Below are positions 48,507-61,212 of a stretch of DNA of 64,000 nucleotides, one piece after another. This stretch comes from Yuukianura sp. NJ FZ-2021 (lineage: Eukaryota), in the NCBI GenBank assembly GCA_046563655.1, contig CM102288.1:3534001-3598000 (forward strand), written 5' to 3'. Below the pieces are notes generated by a model, which had not been told where the DNA came from, did no database searches, and saw only the letters and a program-made list of their open reading frames with translations. The position numbers and the translations under genes are program-made. The first letter of the stretch is position 1; every line of letters starts with the position of its first letter.

Positions 48507-49477
48507 ATGGTAAAAACCCCGACAGTTGTCCACTTTCAAGATCACAGTCACAGACAGACGGGTAAAAACACATTGATTACTTTGCTGGTTAGTTTCACTG
48601 TCAATCTACTAATTACTGTTACTTACGATTAATTAGTTTCAAACAAAAGTTTGGTACGGTAAATTATCATTTGGCTTTTGTTTATCTATGTTTTATCGAA
48701 TGCCTAACAATACTGGCGAGTCGACGACCAGCGGGTTTCCTAATCCTGGATTCAATTCAATCCAAGATATCTTACCAACCCACACGATGATGGACCCGCA
48801 TCAACGACTAATTGGTAATTGTAAATCTCATTCTAAATCCAATTACTTAACAGTTAACTTACGAATCTCTGTCATTAAAGTTTATAAGTGTGATGCTATG
48901 GAGAACCTGGAAGATTCCTTTGATTTGGCTTTGTAAAGTGAAGTTATGAAATTGGCTTATGTAATTTGACATTGGTTTGACTTAAAGTTAGAGTTAAAAT
49001 AGGTTATAACGTTAACGTTGCATCTGCCTAAGTTTCTGGTCGGGTTGTGTAAGGTCCAAGTTATTTATAAAGATTTGATTGTCATGAAGCTGGAAGTTTA
49101 GTTGTTTCACTTTGGTAAGGAACTTATTAGCTCGATATTTCCCATGTTGAAATTAAATGAACACACCTTTGGAGTATTTTCAGTCTCGCTGTTTTGACAG
49201 GAAGTGCATGGAGTGCTGGATGACCACTACTACGTAAGTTGAAGTATGATTATTATGATTACCTGTTGCAACAATAACATCAAAATTAGTTAATATAACT
49301 TTACTTTTGCTCAAGGTCACTTACCGTGAGTACCATGACGATCCCCAGGAGCTCAAACAAGCAGTTCATGTCAGTAGGGTACCCTTCTGGACCTCCTACA
49401 GCCCATGCCGTCGTCACCTGCTGCATGTCAACGTTGTACTTGTCGATGGATTTGGCTCAAGTGAAACTGTCTTTTGA
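48507..49477 (+). CDS. Unrecognised 91-aa spliced small protein, upstream of RNF207 on the same strand
   Basis: Exons 48507-48587 (CTG|gttagt), 49201-49233 (gacag|...TAC|gtaagt) and 49316-49477 (tcaag|), all phase 0. Translation: MVKTPTVVHFQDHSHRQTGKNTLITLLEVHGVLDDHYYVTYREYHDDPQELKQAVHVSRVPFWTSYSPCRRHLLHVNVVLVDGFGSSETVF*. Confidence 0.6.
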
Positions 49478-50273
49478 ACTGATTTCGGTATGGATCTTAT
49501 TAAACCTAGTGTAAATTACGGTTTTCATCCTTACCAGGATATGCGGTGATTATCGAATTTTATCTCTCACAGGAAAGATGTCTTTAAAGTCAAAAGTGCA
49601 ACGCAGAAGGACGCAAGCGGGAAACCTTTTATGTCAAAAGTGAAAATCCCCAACGACGGTCTTTTTGAGAAGAAAGTTTGACGTGAAAGTTAGATGGAGA
49701 TGTCAGGATCTTTGCGTGGTTGTCGGACTCTCCGTTGAAACTCTAAACCCCACACTTTCTCCGCTTTGTTCGACTCGGCTCGTGTGAAATTCGTCTCCTG
49801 CTGAAGTCGTCGTCTCCAGCACCACACTTTCTGTTTCACCCAAACCGATTTCTCCAGTCTCCAGCTCCAGCCAGCATGTTCCTTATAACCTACAAAATAT
49901 GAGGCTCAACGCTGTCTATCCTCAGTCCTTCTTTCCCGGTTCGGATGCGCAGTGAGGAAGTGAAAGTGGTCCAGGAACGGAGGAGAGAAGAGACAAAACA
50001 CACAACCACTTCTCTCCTTCTCTCTAAATCTGCCCAGTTTAGAGTTAGACAATTTATTTAAGTCCCCCTCGTCCCAGTCCAAGGGCCCCCTGACCCTGGC
50101 CACTTCGTCACCTTCTGGCCAAGTTCAAGCTCAACACGGGGTCACATCTGAACCAATTGAAGTCATCCAAGTTCAAAATTAGTAGTACCAAATTGTGCTC
50201 ACTGGACATGGCGGCCTAACTTGTGTCAACCCCAGGCGGTTCCAAGGTCATCTCCACCGCCCCCTCAAATTCA

Positions 50274-53200
50274 ATGGCTAGCAAGAACACGTTCCAGCAA
50301 CAACAGCAGTCATCATCTCATCAGGTGACATCATCCAATGCCCCGCCAGCCCCGCCGTCATCGTCCCACCACTCACAGGGTAAACGCTCAACCACGAGCA
50401 GTGGCCATCCAGTTCCAGCGACTTACTCAAACTTAACTGCCGCTGCTGCTGCTGCTGCCACGTCATCCGCCCACCACTCCTCGTCAGCTCAAGCCCAGTC
50501 TTCAAAGGGTTCCAAGGGATCTGGATCTTCCAGGGCTGTGAGTGGCAGTAGTGCTGGATATCGTCATCATCACGGCGGGGGGAGTGACCTGATGTCTCCT
50601 CCGGGTCAAGGGACCCCTCACCATGGACAGGACGGTGGTCCAGGCCATTTGTCCCTGGGCACTGCGGCCATCAGTGACTTTGAGACTGTGGACTCCACTA
50701 GGAACCCCTTACACTGTCTCATTTGTAACAATGTGTTCGATGACCCTCGCCTCCTCGCCTGCTACCACTCCTTCTGTGCCAAATGTCTGGACAGGAGACT
50801 CGGAGACACCAAGGTCATCTGTCCCTGTTGCGGGTAAGTCCGGGGGTACTTGACCTAACATCTTTTTGGGTAGGGGGTACTTAACATAACAATTTAATTG
50901 GGAGGGGCGCAGTGTTCACTATTTCCCGGTTTTCCCGGAGTTTTTCCCGGACAGTGGGAAAAACACGGTAAAAAACTGGGGAAATGGTAAAAACTAGGGA
51001 AAGGTACCCACCCCCCACTGGGGGGTACTTAGCCCAAGATGGGGGGGGGGTTATAGGCTAACCAAATGTAAGTAGGACTTTCTCCTGGTAGCGATAGAGT
51101 GAAAAACGAATGGGGCAGGGAGGGAGCGATTCATCAATCACTGGGAAACCTAATGGCAGTGTCCAAGGGAGAACAAATAGGGTCAAAGGTTACATTTTCT
51201 CCCTCCAGAACAACGGACACACTGGGTTATGCCACTTAAAGTAGTTACTGCTGGGATAGAACTGGAGACTGTTGACAGATCGTTGGCGTTATTTGTCTCA
51301 CTTCAAATTACCTTCCTGTGTCCTTTTACGACTTTAATTTCCTACAGTTACAGTTTTAACGATTTCGTGCTACCACAAAATCATCTTGTTACTTAATGTT
51401 TCTACAAAATTACCAAAACTATCCCGGTGTAAGTTGGAGTTCCCGCTGGGTTAACTTTCACCAGTTGGAAAGTTGGGTTTTGTTATTAGTTTTTTCGTTT
51501 TTTAGTTTCAATTGATTCGTTTTATGAAAAGTAGAATTTCTGACATTTTCCAATTTGTCTGTTATTTGCCTCCCCGTTTGAGTTTGAGAGGAAAAGATGA
51601 TTTCCGGTTGAGATTATTATCGAAGCGGATTCAATTTCATTTCACTTACTAATATTTTCCTTTACCTGGCACTTTCCCTGCACTATTTTCCACCAAATTT
51701 TCGAAATTTTCAAAAAATTTCGAAAATCAAAATCTACAATAATAAGCAAAACACAACTAATAACTAATTAGCAGGCTAACTTTTGAAAAACAGTGAAGAT
51801 TTACGAAGCGCTCAAGAGCGTTCTCAGCCAAATTCGAACTTTCACTGAAAAATTAATTTCGCATTTCCCATAGAGTAAAATTTTCATTTGACTTACAACC
51901 TGAACAGTTTTGTGTTTCGACATTTTTTATTTTATACACGCTTCGTAAGCATTTCCTTTTAAGAATTTTTATGTCGTAATTAAAATTGTTTCGCGCTATT
52001 AAGTGCGTAATGAAAACATAAAAATTAAGAAAAAGTCAATTAAGTTTCCTTTTTTTTCTTAGAAGAGACAGCAGAAGTGTTTGTGGGAAAGCAGCGCTTA
52101 ATTTGTCCTTTAATTCTTTAATGCATGTCTATGTCTTATCCTAACTTCCGCTTCCCTTTAGCTTTTCCGCGCCTTTAACTTCGCGCTTTCCGCGCCCAGC
52201 AGAGTGAAAGCTCCTTTCACTCACTTGCCTTCTTTTGTCCTGCGGGATTAAGACCAATGCCTTCCAACCAACTTTTAATCCAATCATAACTTAATCCAAT
52301 AACACAACTTCTCAAAAACAAACTCTGTTCTATACAACTAGTCAAAGAAAAGGAACAAAAGAGAGGTCAAAGGTCACTCTTTCACACTATTGAACTGTCT
52401 AATTAAAAGTAACGTTTTCGGAGTTAAGTGAAAGTTGGTGGCTCATAAATCCCTTGTCTGGTCATGGTTTCCATTGAGTACTTGGTCGTTGTTCCATTGA
52501 CAGTCAGACTAAGGTTAGGTTATGCCTTTAAGGTTAGGCGTGCTGTGGAGGAAGCCTTGGTGAGATAAATCAATGTAAAGTTTCTTGTGCTTTCACTGCT
52601 TTCTCCAAGGCCAAATACTACGAAGTAGAGAATGGTCCCAACGGTTATCACCCCCGTCTGGTTCCAATCCAACGGTTTCTGCCTTACTGTAACCAAGACT
52701 ATGTCGTGTCATTCTCACACATTCCTAACTACCAGTTACATGTACTAAAATTCTACTCGTTTTTTTAGTCTCCTACTAGTCTCTTACTAGTCCTCTACAC
52801 ATTCACTTTCTCCACTTTCACTCCAATTGTGACGGTTTCTCCCATTTATGGTTTCCTCTCTGCACTTTTCCAGCTTCTAACTTTCACTCTCGCTGGCGCC
52901 TCCACCTCCTCCTCCTCTTTTCTTTTTGTCTCACGTCTCATCTTACCCATAATTCACAACTTTGTGAGGTCAGAGGTCAAAGGGCACGCTCTGAATTCCA
53001 CTAACTTTTAGGCTAAAGGAAGGACGAAGCAATATAGAGCCAATATACTATTTTGGGTAAAAACACTAGGTTTTACGCGAGTAAGAAAATTTTCCATACT
53101 TGACTTATTATTGGAAAACGAAAATGAAAAAATTTTAAATTTGAAACTTCTTTGGACAAATTTTTCAGAAAAAATCGGTTTTCCTTTTCAGTTTTACGAC

Positions 53201-56200
53201 ACTTCAATCCATTTCCAATCTTTTTCCGAAAAAAAAATTTGGTGGGATAGGTTGCATATTTTTCATCAAAATTAGATTTTTTTTTTTACTTTTTGTGCCA
53301 CATTCTCACACTATTGAACTTGGAACAAGTGAAGAAAATTTCTTTGAAATTTTCAAACTGAACCATTTTCAGTCGTTTTCAAGCCATTTCCGATCGTTTT
53401 TAGCAAAAAAAAAAAAGGTAGAAAGGACTAGCCCCAGCAAAAATGCGAAGCATGCTTGTATTTTTGTTTTTGAAAAGTTTTTTTTCTGTACATTTTTTCC
53501 CCCAAAATTTTGACGTTGCATGACCTTTTAAACTTGAGAAGTTTTTTAGTCGTGCGTTTCACGTTATGCTTTGTTTTCTTTGCTTTCTCTCCTTTTCGTG
53601 TTATTAATTTTTTTTTCTTGACAAGTTTGTTTTTGGGCTCCCAGTCTTGAATTCTGAACTTTTGTTTTGTAACAACAAACTTTGTTTCCTTTTGGAATTT
53701 AGATGAATTTTCAAAAGTTGAGAGAGAGAAACTATGGTTCCGTGTTTTGCATAGACTTTGACCCAGATGGATTTCCTTCTGCTTTCTCCCTTTCACAAAA
53801 TGTGCTCTGCACAACTTATGTTTTGTGTATAAGTTGTGGGTATCCATACCTCCGTTTTCACTTTGTATTCCACACTTTGTTTTATCCTTTGACTAACATT
53901 GTGAAGTAGGCCATGGTAAGGTCGCGGAGGTCAAAGACTATAAGACTTAATAGGCCTTTCCGTGGGAAGAAAGAGAAAGTGGTGGTTGACAGGCCCTCCA
54001 CTTTTTTTTTGTTCAGTTGGACCAGGAGAGATATGAACCCGCGAACTGAATTTTGAAAAGGAGGGAGACATGCGGAGATTCCTTGTGATTTGAATTTTGA
54101 ATGAGGGCTAGCTTTCTCCTTTTCCCGCTTTTTTGCGGAAACTGCTGAGCTTTCTTTTCTTGCTCTTCGCTTTTTCGGTTTTTTTGAGAGTGTGGGTGAC
54201 ACTTGGGGTAGGAGAGGGACAAAAACTGCCAAGATTTGAAGGGAAGTGGGATGAGTTCTCATCTGGAGGTCCAATTTATCATGTCCTGTCATCCGACTAG
54301 TACCCGGGTAGCATATTCTGCTTCTACCCGGGTATCATAAGGGGTAGGGACTATGTCATCTTCCATCCAGAAAAATGGAGACAGAGTGTACACATAGGAA
54401 TTGAGAGTACACTGCTTTTTCCCGTCATAATAAAATAACATACTCACACGTTTTCTCTTACGTCCAGTGTCAGGGTAAGGTGCAGCGTGGTCAACAAAAT
54501 TTTGACCAACTTTCTCTTAAAAAATTTTTTTCCGATTTTTTTTTCTGGGGAGGAATTTTAGTGTGAACGGCAGCTATGACCGTAAAGTTAAACAGCAATG
54601 TTTTTCTTGGTAAGCGATTGAGATGGAGTCTATAAATTATTTAACGTGGTCGTTCAAGTCGTCCCGCCTGGTTTTTGAATTTTCGTTTTCGGAAGTGATC
54701 TTGTTTGAATTGTGGACCATTCTGTTGCTCGTCTTCTTACTAAGGGAAGTCCGTTTTCTTTGTGTGTAAAACGATGGAGCGGAATAGAGAGCCCTTATCT
54801 CCTAAGTTTACAACATAAACTACTTCCATACCCTGCAGAAACTAACTTTCTCTTCTTACAACGTCCACTTTCTACCTTCTGTTCAAAAACGACTTTTAAA
54901 AAACATATTTTCAACACAGCCACATTCACCCGCAGTCTAGCAAAATTCAAATTCCAAGTCAAAACTAAACAAAACAATAACATAAGTTCTTATTTTGAAC
55001 AAATTGAGGTTTAACATTTCCGATTTGCCTACTACGTGAAAAACATTTCGAAAAGTGGGCATAAATTTTCATTTTGGAAAGCGACAAAAATGTTTTTTAT
55101 TGAGGTTTTGGTGATTTGAAAAGGAAAACTTGATTTTGGGGCGTTGTAAGGCGTTGGTTTCTATAGAAACAAAAGATCTTGGTTTTGAAAACAAGTTTTG
55201 AATGTACAGCTCGAAGAAGCAGGGAACTTTGAGTGAAAGGAAATGGGGAGTTTGGAGTTGAAAATTAAGTTTTTGGGAGAAAGTTGAGTTTGGCGGAGAA
55301 AGTGGTTGTTTGAAGATTGTTTTTGAACTGGGTGATGATTGGTTCTGGTCCATAGGAAATGAAGATGGTGGAGTCTAGCAGAGCTGAGTTTATTCTTCCT
55401 CAAAAGGCTTAACCTCCGTATTTCTCCAAATTTCAAACCTACTAAATCTGCGAAAACTCAGGATTTAATCGATCCTGTTCCTTTTTGTGTGTGACTGGCT
55501 TTCACGCTACGAGATCCTCATTTCTGTGGGTAGACTTTCACTTTTGTTTGCATTTGAACAAAACTTAATCTTAACGTTGTACAGTACAACTTGTGCTTTC
55601 TCCTCCCACAGCATCAGGAAAATAGGAACTTTTACTTTTTTGTACTTTTCCTTTATCATTAGTTTTCCAGTCCATTCAATGAGGAAAAGTTTATTTTTGG
55701 CGGGCATTTATTTGGATTGTGCTGGCGTAGTGGCAACTTAAGGCTCTGCGTGTGCACCCTTGACATTTCACTTTTCGGTTTGGAGAAAAAGTTTGGCTTT
55801 TTGGAGGGAAAAGTAGTGAAAGGGAAACCCCGTGCTGTGAAAGAACTTTCTTTGGTAATGGAAGAAGAAATTGGACCTTAACGGCTGTTACAGCCCCAAA
55901 TTATGACATGCATTCAGCCCCACATCTCAAACGACCTTCATAATTTTCTCTTCTCTCTTTGCTTAATATTGGACAAAAGCAGGAGAAAGTTGTGCTTTTC
56001 TGTGCTGGACGACAAAGTTCTTTTTTGTGTGGTTCATGCACTCAGGATTTAGCAAAATACGCAGTTTTATGATTGAAAATAGGCGGGAGCTGCTAGAAAA
56101 ACTGAGATTTAAAAACAAGTTTTTGGAAATTTGAGGGTGAAATGATAATGGAGCTCTGAAAAAACTTAAGCAATATTCATTAACTCCTCTTCGTTTTTTA

Positions 56201-59200
56201 TACTTTGGTTTTTTGATCTTCTGTTCGTGCTGAGGCCCAATTTAGTTTTATAGGAGAAAGTAGAAGTTTGAACATTTTGATTATTACGTTATAAGCTTTT
56301 AGGTTTTTATGCTTTTAAGCATGCAGTAAACACAAGCATATGCTCCAAAACTTTACCTTTCAAACTCACTTTCTTCTTCCATCAATTTGTTCGACAAATT
56401 TTGTTCTAAAAACAACATTTTTGAAAAAAAGGACAAGAAAAACATTTTATAGGAAAAATAAAATTAGGTCGCTTTCTCTCGTAAGTTAAGCTTTGGTTTA
56501 CATTTTTCTGATTTTTAAATTTGATTGATGAAGTTCAAAGTCAAAGTGGCAGTGTTCATGTTAAGAAAAATGAAAAAGTTTTGCATGAAAAATTTAGTTT
56601 GAAAATGTCTGACCTTTTAAGAAATTTTGAATGCTGCAAAAATGATTAGATGGGAGTTAGTTTTGGGTTTTGTTAAATCTTTTGCTCAGTTTCTCACTGA
56701 TTTCCTGAAATAATTTTTTTCGTTCTGATCACTTCTTAGCTTGTTCTGTTCTCTGCCCACGCCCTCGGCCTTGCTGGTCATGTCTTCTTGATAAAGTTGG
56801 ATGTAAACTTTGTGTTTTGTTGTCCATTAGTGAAAGCAAGAGAGAAAACAGTTGCAGATGGAAAGTTTTAGAGACGCAGAGAGAAAGTGTCTGTAGGCAT
56901 GGAAACCCTCCCACCCAATCACTCTTCCTCCCACAGAATCCAAATGACACAGAACAGAAGAAGCTGCTTTTTCCTCCTCATTGAACACAAATACTCTCTG
57001 TTCAAAATTCCTAAAAAAAATGAAAATTTTAAAAGTTGATATCAAATCAAAAAACTGAATTTTTTTAATGGAAGAAATAAAACCGTTTGAGTCAGCAGCG
57101 ATAGGTTTTAGTGAGTGATGGAATTATGGGTGCGTGACATGGCCTTACACTGGCTTTGCTTAAGTTGAAGTATGAACTAGGACGTTGGGTCGAGAAGCTG
57201 GAGACGGTTGGTTGTGAATATTTAATAATTTGAGAACTCCCAGGTTTTTTTGAGACTTGGGAATGTTAGTTGTGGTTAGGTTTCTTATGGGAGAAAGCAG
57301 CAGGGTCTGTTTGGGTCCATTTTGGCAGAAGAAGAGGCGGTTTTAATAAATTGAGTCTCCTGTAAACCTACATTTCTGGAAGAAGAGACCACATTAGGAA
57401 GTAATTGAAGTCGAGGAAGAGGAGTATGGTGAAAGTCAAGTGGATCCACAACCAAAAGTACAGAGTGTTTCAAATGATTTCCAAGTGGAGGGAACAGTTA
57501 CATCAACTTAAATTCCAAGTTTGTGAAATTTTGGGGGAAAAGTTACATCAACATAAAAGTTTTGCATTTTAGGAGAAAGTAATGGCGGGAAAAGTATTAG
57601 ACGGACTGTACTTTGTAATAATTTAAATGTAAGGGATTTACCTGAGTACTTTCTCCAAGAGCAGGAACGAGAGAGAAAAAGAGACGGTGGCTGGAGAAAC
57701 TATTTTGAAAAACAAGTAAAACTGGGAGCATTTATTATTGAAGCGTTAGTTATGGTCGTATTCAGGCGGTTCACCGCCACTTGACTACTTTCTCCTCATT
57801 ACTTTCTCCTCTACCACTAACAATCTTTCATGACTAACCTAACATAAAACTTAAACATAATCTTACGACTTACCTGAAAAAACATAACCTAACTTTCTAA
57901 CTTTTGGGTTTAGATTATGTTCCTAATGACCAACACGATTTAACTACTTGAAGTTTATGTTCCCACGGTCCATGTCTACAAAAGTTACGACTGTCGGTGA
58001 AACTTTTCCCGCCTCCAGGCTGCTTCTTAATTTCTGCTGCTGTAGTAACTTCCACGATCTCACAGAAAGTAAATGCTTCATTCTGACCTGAGATTAGGAA
58101 ACTCTAAAACATAACGGAACAAAAAGACAAAAATTTCAAATATAACAAGGTGAAAGTCTAACTGAAAGCGTAATTCGCGTTCAAAAACTGCTGTGCAACG
58201 AGAACTCTAAACTGCGCATGAATAATTAAAGGTTTTGTTGGAGATTTTGTGGACTACCCACATAAAGTTTGGTAAGGCTAAGCCTCAAGGTTGGTTTAAG
58301 TTAGGCTGAGGATTAGGTTTTACGTTAGGCTAAGCTTTTAGGTTATGGCTGAAACGAAGGAAGATGGAAGTGTGTAATGGTGAAAGTTTGTTATTTTAGG
58401 CTAGGAGAAAGTGCTAGAAGAAGATGTTCCGTTAGGTTAGTGTCCCTGTGTTGGTTGTCTGTAATTAATTAAGAGACTTCCTCAATTCACCCTCCGAACA
58501 GACTTAATCATTCTGCAAAAGTAATTCTCACCGTACAAGTCCATTTCCACAATTTCATGCACTAGGAAGGTGAGGAAACTGAGTTTCCTACGTGAGGAAA
58601 CTGAGGAAACCAGGGTTATTATTAGCTTCCTTAAAATTCCACAACTACATTGTTTTCAAGAGAACAAAAGAGAAAGGGAATTAAAACTTGTTGAAAATGG
58701 AACTTGTATTGTGGAGAAAGTTAATTTCGAGGTGGGTTTATGTCTGTGAAATTTCAAAATTACAATTTTTTTGAAATTCGGATTTTTTTAACGCAAAATC
58801 TTCAACAGTTCAAAGTGTTTCACATTCGATAAAGGGGAGGGGAAAGTAGTGCTTTGATTTTGAGTGTTAACAGAGACTAAATTTGTTGGAACATGTTTAA
58901 TTTAGTAACTAAATTTTAGTTGGTAGTTGGAGGGAGAGTTTGAAAATTTAGAGCAAGGAAATAATTTTGTTGTTCTAATAAAGCGAGGTCGTTTCTCTTC
59001 TTGAAACTTCACTTTTTCTTAACTTTTCTTTTTTTTAGAACATAGAAAGTGGAGCGTTGTGAAATTCCTGGTGCTGGGGGGAAAGCGGGGAGGGTTGGGA
59101 GGAAATATTTATGGAAATGGTTTCAACTTCATCCTCTTTGCTTTCTCCAAATGGCTTTTACAGCAAGGACTTTCTCTCTCTTCCGGTTCACGAAGTAATT

Positions 59201-61212
59201 ATAAGCACAGAACAAAATACTAAACACACTTTTAAACGGAATTTACTTTTCAAAATTTCACTTTATAAAAGAAATGAACAAAGTTAGTTTTCCGTAATTG
59301 CTTCATTTAGCCAAATTCGAAAAACTGGGCAGAAAGCATTTTTAGTCCTTTGGAGACGCTTGTTACTATGGTTACGGTTGTTTTATGGCTCAGCTGATCA
59401 GCTGAAAACGGTTTTTGAAAAACCGCTTTTCTAAACAGCATGAAAACTTATGTAGCTTTTGGTTTTTGAAGAACCCGTTTCTCCAGTTTCGGGTTTTTCT
59501 GCAACCGTTTTCATTTTTTTTTGTAACAATGCACAACCTTTTTTTATACATTGTTAATCATGCACCATCTTACATAAAAGTGGTGCACACATAAAGAACA
59601 AATTCAAATTCAACATTTCAGGTGCAAATGTTATGACTACAATTTTCGTGACTTGAAATTTTTTGAATATTTTCGTGCACTTAAAAATCTTTACGAAACC
59701 CAATTCAGGAATAGTTTTAACATGGCTGCACAAAATGTCGAAAAATGTACAGCATTTCTGAAAATTTACAGCATACCTGCACGTTTGCAGTAATTAAGTT
59801 TTAGATACATGCACAAAAAAGTTTTTGTTGTTGTGGGTTTCGTGCAAATGCGAAAATCTTATTACTTGTAAGTATTTTTTGAACAAAATCATTTCAGTAG
59901 CGCAGATACCTCACAACTGGAACATGATTTTGGTGGAATTAAACGGTAAAATTTGTAACGTATTTGGTGCAGTTCATGCACAAAAAGGCTTCACTCCAGT
60001 GTCTGAGCAATTGGAATCAGTGGGAATCTTTTTTTACTAGTTGAAAGTTTTTTGTTGAGGTAGTTGTTGTTGACTAAGTTGAAGTATTGAAAAAGAAGAT
60101 ACATGGGAGTTTGGTTGGTGAATTGAAAGCAAGAGCAGAGCATTAGTAGAGTTATGATTAGAGATTCAGCTCATGGTCTTTGGCTGGTGGAAATGGAGTG
60201 ATGTGGAGCAGTGGTGAAAGTGGACTCCTAGCTCTGGTTACTCCAGGAACCATTTGTCACCCATGGCCATAAACCATGTCACCCTACAACATATGTCATT
60301 TCCTACGACCACTCTCCACATAACACTACCATGACCAGATGAACGAAAAACCTATTTCTGGGATAACAAAACACAGAACATGCTTTTCACTTTCACTTCT
60401 TCCTGTACTTTGGCACACAAAGTTGAAAAAGATGACATGAATGTGGTTGGAGGGAGATTGAAATCATTTTCGTATTTGTTGACACTCCCAACTTTCTTGG
60501 ATGGAGACACTAAACTTTTGGTTACGCATTTTGAGCAATGCAGCTATTCAAAATGAAAACCAAGATTTGTTTCTGTTTTTTTGGAAAATTGGGAAACTGT
60601 GAGGTGAAAGTGGAGCTCAGTGGAGAGGAATGCGGAGGAAAGTGGGAGTTGGACGTGTGGGAGTGAAAGTGCGGAGGAATAGGAAAGTGAAAGCAAGTTT
60701 TGACGCAGAGAATCTCAAAACAACAAGCGGAAAACAAAAGGAGTTTTTAGCTCTTTGAAATAATGGGGCCTTGCTCCAGAAATAAACAATGGGAGCTTCA
60801 CAAAAATAAAAACATGATCCATCTTGTCCGTTTCCATTTGTTGAGTGTTTCACAAAATTTGGGCGCATTCGTAATATACAGATCCTGCTAAGCTGGACGC
60901 ATTGACCTAATCGAATAAGTTGTTGACCCGCGAACCGAGTAGATGTAATCCTAAAGTTGTTGACCCGCGAACCGAGTAGATGTAATCCTAGTTCAGTAGA
61001 AATTGTAGTTTTGAAATTTTATGCAATTTTTAAAAATTTGTGTAATGTATGTTTTTAAATTTGCAGGAAAGTGACTAATGTGAAGGAGGGTTCGGGTCCA
61101 GCTCCAGATTTTCTACTACGCTACCTCCTTCACACCACGTCTGACCTTCACCCCTCATGTGCTAACTGTGATAACAAGGGACGTGTAGCCATGTTCTACT
61201 GCAATACCTGTG
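50274..61212 (+). CDS. RNF207: RING finger protein 207 (RING + B-box), 5' part; the gene continues beyond the window
   Basis: Exon 50274-50833: low-complexity S/Q/A/H tail, then RING NPLHCLICNNVFDDPRLLACYHSFCAKCL...VICPCCG. A phase-2 10.2-kb intron leads to exon 61067-61212: PAPDFLLRYLL...CANCDNK...MFYCNTCG (cf. RNF207 PPVDRLLQFLV...CANCD...YFCNTCG). Confidence 0.88.
60917..60990. repeat. Exact 37-bp tandem duplication
   Basis: aagttgttgacccgcgaaccgagtagatgtaatccta at 60917-60953 and 60954-60990. Confidence 0.95.

Noticed and set aside
54297..54335. Twin self-palindromes tacccgggta, and a similar palindromic patch at ~59391-59431
   Set aside because: Too short to classify; likely repeat remnants.
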